DNA from: Dehalococcoidia bacterium
GTDB lineage: Bacteria > Chloroflexota > Dehalococcoidia > Bin125
Direction: 5' to 3'
Assembly (NCBI GenBank): GCA_963663235.2
Contig: CAXXNO010000006.1
Coordinates: 160,001-224,000, forward strand
Length of the DNA: 64,000 bases
Within the stretch, counting starts at the first letter, position 1, and the number at the start of each line of letters is the position of its first letter. The notes below the pieces were generated by a model that did not search any database, had not been told where the DNA came from, and saw only the letters and a program-made list of their open reading frames with translations. A program made the position numbers and the translations under genes. This document shows positions 57,169-64,000 of this stretch, piece after piece.

Positions 57169-57714
57169 CTAGGGCTCGGGGATCCAGGCCAAGGCGTCCT
57201 CGGAGTGGCCGTTGGAGGGCGGGCAGAAGTGGGGGTCGCCCTCCAACGGCGTATCACAGAGCGGGCACATGGGGCGGCCGGCGGCCACCGTGGCGCCGGT
57301 CTGGACGGCGAAGAGCCGGCCCTGGTCGCGCGAGAAGGAAGCGCGAAGGGTGGGCTGCTCCGGGTCGGGGGCCTCGGCGTCGGTGGCGTAGATGGCCAAC
57401 CGGCGGGCCTTCTCCTCGTAGCCCAGAGCCAAGCGGGCGACGTGGAAATCGAAGGTGGGGTTGAGGGGGAAAACGCCGAGGGGCGGCGCCAGGGGTTTTC
57501 GAGGGGGGTCGTCATCGTGGCGGCGCTGGGCCAGCACCCGCTCAACGGCGGCAGCCAAAGCCTGCACCTGCTCCTTTTCGAGCCAGAGTGAGGCGCTGCC
57601 AGACTCGGTCACGATGCGGATGCGGAAGGTCCGCTGCCCCGGGGCACCGAGGGCCTCCGTCTCCAGGGAGCGGGTGGGGCCGAGGTCATGCTGAGCGTCG
57701 GCCATAGGGGGCAA
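57169..57714 (-). CDS. DUF3090 family protein
   Basis: ALGAPGQRTFRI, LWLEKEQVQAL, AGRPMCPLC...HFCPPSNGH. Confidence 0.88.
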   Translation of the reverse strand: MPPMADAQHDLGPTRSLETEALGAPGQRTFRIRIVTESGSASLWLEKEQVQALAAAVERVLAQRRHDDDPPRKPLAPPLGVFPLNPTFDFHVARLALGYEEKARRLAIYATDAEAPDPEQPTLRASFSRDQGRLFAVQTGATVAAGRPMCPLCDTPLEGDPHFCPPSNGHSEDALAWIPEP

Positions 57715-57816
57715 GTATAGCCGGGGACCGGCCGACGGCCACCGCCGCGCGGCGGGAAGCGACGCAGGCGCCAGCTTGACCGTTTATTGCAAGTGGGGAA
57801 CAAATGTGCGACGCTA

Positions 57817-57915
57817 GCGGGTACCGGCCCAACTTACCCGAGGCGGGCCGGCATCCTCCCCTGGCGGGGTTGTCCCGGTTCTTTCTCCGTTTCTACCGGG
57901 CGGCCCCGCCTCTTC
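57817..57915 (+). ncRNA. Candidate two-hairpin small RNA with CU-rich single-stranded segments
   Basis: ccggccc/gggccgg hairpin, CATCCTCCCCT linker, about 16-bp stem 57863-57910 with loop TCTTTCTCCGTTTCT; possible promoter TTGCAA-N17-GACGCT upstream. Confidence 0.35.
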
Positions 57916-57976
57916 GTGCGAACGGTAAGCCCGCCGCGACGCCGTCGCAACGGAACGCGCGTCCACATCGCGGTTA

Positions 57977-58003
57977 TTTACTCGCGGTTTACGCGCGGTT
58001 TAC
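57977..58003. promoter_or_regulatory. TTTAC x3 at 11-bp spacing
   Basis: TTTAC at 57977, 57988 and 57999. Confidence 0.45.
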
Positions 58004-58083
58004 GGGGGGCGATCGCATCGCAAAGCCTGGTCCCCGGGCCTGATCTACGGTAGGCGGCGAACGATCATCGCAGCGGAGTCCGC

Positions 58084-58530
58084 ATGCCGTCCGCCGTCTC
58101 AAGCGCCGAACGCAACCTGGCAGCGCGCGCGCACCTGTACGCGTGGCTCAGCATCTTGCCGCTGCTGGGGCTGTTTCCCACGGTCGGTCTCTACAACCGC
58201 TGCAAGGACGGCTCGCCGTGGGTAGCGCAGCAGGCGTTGCAAGCGGTGCTCTTCCAAGTGGTGACGTTCAACGTGCTCCTGGTGGTACTGGCGATCATTG
58301 CGCCGATCGCGCTGGTCGCGTGGAGCACGCGCTACAACGGCGACGCGCTGGCGCTGGCAGTGCTGCTGACCGTGTTGCCGTTCTTCGCGCTGCACTACGT
58401 GGCACAAGGGGTCAGCGCGGTGCGAGCCGCGCGGGCGATCCGGCGTCGGGAAGAGTTTCGCTATCGAGTGATCGGGCGATTAGTGGGAGCGCCGGTGTCG
58501 TCTGATCGCTCGCAAGACGGTGGCGACTGA
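58084..58530 (+). CDS. DUF4870-like membrane protein
   Basis: ERNLAARAHL, SPWVAQQALQAVLFQ, EFRYRVIG. Confidence 0.75.
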   Translation: MPSAVSSAERNLAARAHLYAWLSILPLLGLFPTVGLYNRCKDGSPWVAQQALQAVLFQVVTFNVLLVVLAIIAPIALVAWSTRYNGDALALAVLLTVLPFFALHYVAQGVSAVRAARAIRRREEFRYRVIGRLVGAPVSSDRSQDGGD

Positions 58531-58747
58531 AGGGTTCAAGAACGAACCGCACTGGAACGATCGCAAGTAAACCCGCGGTAAAAGTGTTCGTGCGACGGTT
58601 GACCACATCGGCACCACGAGTGACTCTTAACCATGGTTGTGCCGACCGGACCTACATCGTTCATCTCCCTTTCCCTTGATCACCATGGCGTAGCGACGTC
58701 AGGTGACGCCGATCAGGCGAGTGCGACCGCGCCGAAAGGCTCTTGAG

Positions 58748-59017
58748 ATGACGACATTGACCAGCACCCGTCCCACGAAGTGCATCCACCACTGGGTGGT
58801 CCGGCCACCGGAAGGGGCCACCAGTTGGGCGAACTGCCGCAAGTGCGGACGGCGGCGGCGCTTCAACAACACGTTTGAGGGACGCGACCGCGCGAACAAC
58901 TCGGACATCTTCGTCGAAAACACGACCACGTGGCGGCCCAACTGGCGCACGGAGAGCATTGAACCCCGCGCGCGGGAGGCGTACGAAGCCTCCAAGCTCG
59001 CGGGGGTCAGCGTCTGA
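58748..59017 (+). CDS. Small Zn-finger-like protein (CxHHW...CxxC)
   Basis: CIHHWVVRPPEGATSWANCRKCGRRRRFNN. Confidence 0.72.
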   Translation: MTTLTSTRPTKCIHHWVVRPPEGATSWANCRKCGRRRRFNNTFEGRDRANNSDIFVENTTTWRPNWRTESIEPRAREAYEASKLAGVSV

Positions 59018-59159
59018 CGATCCATCGGCATCACCCGACTTCATTCGTTATCGATCTGAGGGATGGGGGAACGGCGCGTCCGGCGGGCGGCTCCGCATGT
59101 TTGCGGGCCGCCCGCCGTCGCTTCTGGCCCGCGTCCGATCGCTCCGCTAGTATCCGCGC

Positions 59160-59420
59160 ATGAATGAAGAGTCAGCCCGTTCCGACCACGAAGTGCGCCA
59201 TCTTCCGTTTGAAGAGTGGACCGACCTGGATACGCTGATGCATCGGACAGCCGTGACCAGCGGTGACTTCGACTATGTGCTCAGCCCTCTGTGCCCGGAG
59301 TGCGGAATGACGCTGGAGTCTTCGTACAGCGACACGGACGCGGGGGAGTCTGTCTTGGAAGCGTTGATCTGCGAGAGCTGCGCCGTGACGTGGCGGCCGT
59401 CGTCCGCGGAGGAGTCGTAG
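59160..59420 (+). CDS. Small acidic C4 Zn-ribbon protein
   Basis: LCPECG...LICESC. Confidence 0.6.
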   Translation: MNEESARSDHEVRHLPFEEWTDLDTLMHRTAVTSGDFDYVLSPLCPECGMTLESSYSDTDAGESVLEALICESCAVTWRPSSAEES

Positions 59421-59499
59421 GTTTGTAGGGGGTTTGTAGAGGGGTTGTAGAGACGGCCGCCGTGATGCGGGGAGCCGTCGCGGCCCATCGGAAGCACTC

Positions 59500-60522
59500 A
59501 TGGTCATCGTGATGAGCACGGACGCCGCCGAGCAAGACGTGCAGCAGGTGCTGGACCGGCTGGGCGAGCACGGCTGCCGCGGTGAGCTCACCGTGGGAGT
59601 GGAGCGCACGATCATCACGGTCGTAGGGCCGCGGCCAGCGGCCCTGCAAGAGGAGATCCGCACGCTCCCGCACGTCGAGAGCGTGGTGCTGCTGAGCAAG
59701 TCCTACGAGCGCGCCGGCCGGGAGAGCCAGCCCGAGGGCACGGTGGTGGCGATCGGTGAGGCGCGCGTTGGGGACGGCGGCATCGCCATCGTGGCCGGGC
59801 CGGGGGCGGTCGAATCGCAGGCCGAGCTGCTGGCGCTGGCCCAGTCGCTGAAGGAGCGTGGCGTCACGCTGCTCCGAGGCGGCGCGATGCGGCCAAGCCA
59901 GTCGCCCTACGCCTTCCGCGGCCTGGGAGAAGAGGGGTTGCGCTACCTGGCCGAGGCCGGCGGCGCGAGTGGTCTGGGCGTCGTCAGCGAAGTTCCGAGC
60001 GTCGACAACGTGGCGATCGTCGCCGCTTACGTCGACGTGTTGGAGATCGGGCCGTTCAACATGCACAACCACGGACTGCTGGAGGCGGCGGCGGCGACCG
60101 GCAAGCCGATCCTGCTGCACCGGGGCCTCTCGGCCACCGTGGACGAGTGGCTGTTGAGCGCGGAGTACGTCCTGAACGCCGGCAACCCGCAGGTCATCCT
60201 CTGCGAGTCCGGTATCCGCACATTCGATCCCACCACACCGGCGACGCTGGACGTGAGCGCCGTGCCGGTGTTGAAGGAGCTAACCCACCTACCGGTCATC
60301 GTGGATCCGGCGCACAGCGCCGGCCGGGCCGATCTGGTCGCGCCGCTGGCGCTGGCCGCCGTGGCCGCGGGAGCGGACGGGCTGGCGATCCACGTGCACC
60401 CGCAGCCGGGGCATGCGCTAGTCGACGGAGCGCAGTCGCTGGGGCCGGAGCCGTACGGGGAGTTGATCACGCGCTTGCGCACGCTGGCCGCCGCGCTGGA
60501 GCGTCCTTTGTGCTTCGCCTAG
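59500..60522 (+). CDS. Type I-beta DAHP synthase homologue (N-terminal regulatory domain) with a degenerate active site
   Basis: Collinear with AroF I-beta, but AGPG, MRPSQS, IGPFN, LLHRG, CESG and IHVH replace AGPC, FKPRTS, IGARN, LLKRG, CERG and IEVH. Confidence 0.85.
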   Translation: MVIVMSTDAAEQDVQQVLDRLGEHGCRGELTVGVERTIITVVGPRPAALQEEIRTLPHVESVVLLSKSYERAGRESQPEGTVVAIGEARVGDGGIAIVAGPGAVESQAELLALAQSLKERGVTLLRGGAMRPSQSPYAFRGLGEEGLRYLAEAGGASGLGVVSEVPSVDNVAIVAAYVDVLEIGPFNMHNHGLLEAAAATGKPILLHRGLSATVDEWLLSAEYVLNAGNPQVILCESGIRTFDPTTPATLDVSAVPVLKELTHLPVIVDPAHSAGRADLVAPLALAAVAAGADGLAIHVHPQPGHALVDGAQSLGPEPYGELITRLRTLAAALERPLCFA

Positions 60523-60600
60523 GCTGGAGCCGTCCATCCGCCCTCTTTGGGCAGGATGGACGGTGAACCGGGACCGACCACGGGGAGAGAAGGGTTCCGA

Positions 60601-60885
60601 ATGAGCGTGACCGTACGCATCCCGACGCCGCTCCGTAAGATCACCAAAGAGCAAGACCTGGTCACGGCGAAAGCAGGGCAGTTGGCGGCGGTGATCGATG
60701 AGCTGGAACACGCGTACCCGGGACTGGGCGAACGGATCGTGGACGAGCAGGGCGAGATCCGCCGGTTCGTCAACGTGTTCGTGAACGGCGAGGACGTGCG
60801 CTTCCTGAACGGTCTGCGCACCACCGTCCAGGCCGGCGACGAGGTCAGCATTGTGCCGGCGGTGGCCGGTGGAGCCGCGCGATGA
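60601..60885 (+). CDS. Ubiquitin-like sulfur carrier (MoaD/ThiS/CysO family) with a C-terminal extension after GG
   Basis: VRIPTPLR, VNVFVNGEDVRF, DEVSIVPAVAGG-AAR*. Confidence 0.9.
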   Translation: MSVTVRIPTPLRKITKEQDLVTAKAGQLAAVIDELEHAYPGLGERIVDEQGEIRRFVNVFVNGEDVRFLNGLRTTVQAGDEVSIVPAVAGGAAR

Positions 60886-61655
60886 TCCGCGTGGAGCGCG
60901 AGGGACGGGTGGTGCTCCTCACGCTGGACCGGCCGGAGCGGCTCAACGCCCTCACGCCCGACATGTTCGACGACCTGACCCGCTTTTGGGAGGAGTTCGA
61001 GCAGGATGACGCTGCCCACGTCGCGATCGTGACCGGGGCGGGGCGTGCGTTCTGTTCGGGACGTGATCTGGTGCGCAAGGACGCGCTGGATGACGAGCGA
61101 GCGCGAACCGTGTCAGCGGACCCCGATGCTGCTTTTGGGGCAGACCGCACGTCGAAGCCGGTGATCGCGGCGATCAACGGCTGGTGTTTGGCGGGCGGGT
61201 TCGCGCTGGCGCTGGCGTGCGACCTGCGGATCATGGCGGAGAATGCCCGCATCGGGAGCCTGGCGCCGCGGCGGGGGCTGGTCTCGGGCAGCGGGCAGGC
61301 GCAGCGCGTGGTGCGCTACGTGCCGTTCGCGGCGGGCCTGGAGCTGCTGCTGCGCGGAAACCACATCGACGCCGAGGAGGCGTACCGGATCGGGCTGGTC
61401 AACGCGGTGAGGCCGAAGGACGAGGTGCTGCCGACGGCGCACGCCTGGGCCGAAGAGATCGCCTCCAACGCTCCGCTGGCCGTCCGGGCCAACAAGCGAG
61501 CGGCCTACGACGGAGGCCTCAACGCGAACGGTGCGTTCGACGCGGGCAGCCGCATCGAACGGCAGTTGTACGACGACGTGCTGCACTCGGAGGACGTGCA
61601 AGAGGGAGTGCAGGCGTTCGCCGAGGGGCGGCCGCCGGTCTTTCGGGGGCGCTGA
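60882..61655 (+). CDS. Crotonase-fold protein lacking both canonical catalytic glutamates
   Basis: DRPERLNAL, FCSGRDL, GGFALALACD, GSLAPRRGL; ATGA overlap with the Ubl gene. Confidence 0.88.
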   Translation: MIRVEREGRVVLLTLDRPERLNALTPDMFDDLTRFWEEFEQDDAAHVAIVTGAGRAFCSGRDLVRKDALDDERARTVSADPDAAFGADRTSKPVIAAINGWCLAGGFALALACDLRIMAENARIGSLAPRRGLVSGSGQAQRVVRYVPFAAGLELLLRGNHIDAEEAYRIGLVNAVRPKDEVLPTAHAWAEEIASNAPLAVRANKRAAYDGGLNANGAFDAGSRIERQLYDDVLHSEDVQEGVQAFAEGRPPVFRGR

Positions 61656-61672
61656 GCGCGAGGGGCGGCCGG

Positions 61673-62485
61673 CTAGCCGGCTTCCTCCGGCTGCGGGATG
61701 AACAGCAGCTGGTCCACGAGGATCGTGTCGAACTCGTCCATCCCGTTGGCATCCATGATCTCCTCGACCGTGACGCCGTAGGTGATGGCGAGGTCGTAGA
61801 GCGTGTCGCCCTGCACGACCTGGTAGACGATGTTGTTCTCATCCCCGCGCGGCGCATCCACCACGTCGATGGGGCGGGTGAGGACGGGCTGGGGATTGCT
61901 CGGTGTCTCCACGACGATCGGGGCGGAATCCGCCTGGCCCAATTGGGAAGCGGAGACGGTCTCCGCGAGCGGGGGGACCGCGGTGGCATCCGTGGAGGGG
62001 GCGGCCGGGGGAGCGACCGGGACCGCGAAGTCCAGCGCCTCGGTCGATTGAGGGGCGATGGACGCGACCGGCGGGGCGTCGTCGCCGTCGCCGCCACCGA
62101 TGGCACCGCCGATGAAGATCACGAGCGCCAGCAGCCCTGTGAGCCCGGCGATGGCCGCCACGTGAACGGAGCCGGGCATGATCCAGCGACCGTTGGCATC
62201 GGGTCCGGGCAGGCCCAGCACGAGCAGGCGGGAGACGCCGCCACCCGTTTTGCCAAACGGCGAGCGGTTGGGCTTGTGGAACGGGGAGGCGCCCTGGGCG
62301 GAGACGGAGACGGCGCCGACCATGGCGGCTCCGTCCAGCCACCAGGCCAGCGCTCCGGCGGCGATGCTGAGCATCGCAAAGGCCAGCAACCAAGCGCCCG
62401 GGCCGGGCCAGCCCACGCCGAAGATGATGAGGAAGAGGAAGGTCCCGGTGGCGAACAGGGCGGCGGTCTTGGGGTCGAGCCGCAT
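61673..62485 (-). CDS. Membrane protein with C-terminal LysM domain
   Basis: Three TMs; YQVVQGDTLYDLAITYGVTVEEIMDANG...LFIP. Confidence 0.85.
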   Translation of the reverse strand: MRLDPKTAALFATGTFLFLIIFGVGWPGPGAWLLAFAMLSIAAGALAWWLDGAAMVGAVSVSAQGASPFHKPNRSPFGKTGGGVSRLLVLGLPGPDANGRWIMPGSVHVAAIAGLTGLLALVIFIGGAIGGGDGDDAPPVASIAPQSTEALDFAVPVAPPAAPSTDATAVPPLAETVSASQLGQADSAPIVVETPSNPQPVLTRPIDVVDAPRGDENNIVYQVVQGDTLYDLAITYGVTVEEIMDANGMDEFDTILVDQLLFIPQPEEAG

Positions 62486-62618
62486 GCTAGGCCCTCCTTG
62501 CGAGGGCCCCGCCACCAGTGTGATCACTCTAGCCGATGGGTCTCTGCACGCAAGCACGCAAAGCGACCCAACGACTGGCCTAGAATACGGACGGCGACGA
62601 GAGGCGAAGGGAGGGGCC

Positions 62619-62990
62619 ATGCCGATCTTCATCGCGCTGGGGACCGTGACCACGCAAGGGATGCAGAACCTCGATCACCTCGTGGCCCGACACGACGAGG
62701 CGGTGAAGCGGGTCAAGGTGCTGGGGGGCCGCGTCTTAAGCTCGTATGCGGTCATGGGGCAGTACGACTTTATCGTCACCCTGGACTGCCCGGACATCGA
62801 GACGGCCATGCGGGTGCTGAGCCGCGAGGCGGGCGGGGGCAATATCAAGTACGAGACGATGCCCGCCCTGGCGACGCGTGACTTCGCCCGGCTGTTCCTC
62901 CCGGAGTCGGACCTGGCCGACGAGCGTACGGTGCTGCGCATGGGGCGACGGGGGCGGAAGGCCACGAAACGGCCACGCAAGAGCAGCTAG
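62619..62990 (+). CDS. GYD domain protein
   Basis: FIALGTVTTQG, YAVMGQYDF, GNIKYETMPA. Confidence 0.85.
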   Translation: MPIFIALGTVTTQGMQNLDHLVARHDEAVKRVKVLGGRVLSSYAVMGQYDFIVTLDCPDIETAMRVLSREAGGGNIKYETMPALATRDFARLFLPESDLADERTVLRMGRRGRKATKRPRKSS

Positions 62991-63094
62991 GCGGCCGCCG
63001 GCCGGCTCCGCCGTCCCGGGTCCCGGTTGGGCTCCCCTAAGGGTTTTTGCTATGCTTGGCCGCGTCCCGTTGTGTATACCCAAGGCTGGAAACG

Positions 63095-63865
63095 GTGATT
63101 CATACGGCGACCACCCGCCGTCACACGGTCCGGTTCAGCCGCGAGGTGCTGTTGATCGGCGCCGCATACGGCGCCTACCACTTGGTGCGCACCATCTCCG
63201 CCGGCAAGGTGGACGACGCGTTTGCGAACGCGAACATCATCGTCCGGATCGAGCAGAGCCTGGGCATCTTCGTGGAGTTGCCGATCCAAGTGGCGATGCT
63301 CAGTTACGATGTTCTCGTCCAATTCTTCAGCCTGTGGTACTTCTGGGGGCACTTCCCGCTGCTTATAGGGTTCGCGGTGTGGGCGTACTTCCGGCACGCA
63401 AGTGACTATCGCTGGACGCGCAACGCCATCTTCATCGCCGGGGCGCTGGCCCTCATCGGCTACCTGGTCTTTCCGGTTGCGCCGCCGCGGTTGCTGCCGG
63501 CGTCCGGTTTCGTGGACACGTTGCGGGGCGTGTTCGTGCTCCAATACAGCGACTCGGCGCTTGTCAACCAGTTCGCCGCGATGCCCAGCATGCACCAAGG
63601 GTTCAGCCTGATCATCGGCGTCACGCTGTACAAGATCCTCGGCGGCCGGAAGGGGCTCATGGCCGCGGCGGTGATCCCGGCGCTGATGCTGATCAGCATT
63701 GTGGCGACGGGGAATCACTATTTCCTGGACGCGCTCTTGGGCGTTCCCGTCGCGATCGTGGGAATGCTACTGGCGGGCCGGTTGGCGCGGTTCAAGCCTC
63801 GGCTGCCGGCGCTTGTGGAGCGATGGCGGCACCCGGGCGACCGTGGATCGGCCGCGCATGCTTGA
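63095..63865 (+). CDS. PAP2-superfamily (AUR1/IPC-synthase-like) membrane protein
   Basis: FPVAPPRL, NQFAAMPSMH, VATGNHYFLD. Confidence 0.88.
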   Translation: MIHTATTRRHTVRFSREVLLIGAAYGAYHLVRTISAGKVDDAFANANIIVRIEQSLGIFVELPIQVAMLSYDVLVQFFSLWYFWGHFPLLIGFAVWAYFRHASDYRWTRNAIFIAGALALIGYLVFPVAPPRLLPASGFVDTLRGVFVLQYSDSALVNQFAAMPSMHQGFSLIIGVTLYKILGGRKGLMAAAVIPALMLISIVATGNHYFLDALLGVPVAIVGMLLAGRLARFKPRLPALVERWRHPGDRGSAAHA

Positions 63866-64000
63866 GCGGATCGGGGCGGCGTCCAGACGCCTGCGTCCCT
63901 CCGGCGCAGGCGTAGATTTGGGCGCAGGACGCCGCAGCCTCGGGGCTGGTCGGCTGCAGAAACGGGGACGGTCATGACGGAGGCGCAGGACATGTCCGCC

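Noticed and set aside
59500-60522. Functional aroF
   Set aside because: Most PEP-, E4P- and metal-binding residues are substituted, so the gene symbol is withheld.
1-64000. Genome-wide UGA reassignment (genetic code 4/25)
   Set aside because: Many genes (acs, gltB, the LLM at 24948, the ABC ATPase) end at TGA at their natural C-termini; only the rhodanese TGA is internal.
1-64000. Prophage, IS element, tRNA/rRNA or defence island
   Set aside because: No integrase, transposase, structural, nuclease or structural-RNA signatures were seen, and composition looks uniform.

Overview
GC-rich (about 70%) bacterial chromosomal window of housekeeping and catabolic genes. It has no rRNA, tRNA, CRISPR array, integrase or transposase. 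The gene content (three LLM/F420-type oxidoreductases, three SDRs, CoA-transferase III, acyl-CoA dehydrogenase, two crotonases, thiolase plus DUF35, a Tat-exported family-5 solute-binding lipoprotein, DUF3090, GYD, small Zn-finger proteins, GAAC-N4-GTTC boxes) suggests Chloroflexota/Dehalococcoidia (SAR202-like); this is an inference. Recognisable genes: glcDEF, bioY, gltBD, tandem HtrA-like proteases, htpX, acs, fhs. Main signals the ORF track misses: (1) a two-domain rhodanese whose catalytic Cys codon is an in-frame UGA followed by a bacterial SECIS-like hairpin, so probably a selenoprotein; (2) a consensus TTGACA-N18-TATAGT promoter with two LexA-type boxes driving an unannotated 61-aa membrane peptide, a candidate SOS effector; (3) a run of three genes: a DAHP-synthase homologue missing most catalytic residues, a ubiquitin-like sulfur carrier with a capped GG end, and a crotonase lacking both catalytic Glu; (4) a Zn-ribbon gene split at a G7 tract inside a hairpin; (5) a classical C2H2 zinc-finger microprotein; (6) a recurring 11-bp-phased GTAA(A/G) motif, REP-like palindromes and tandem repeats.
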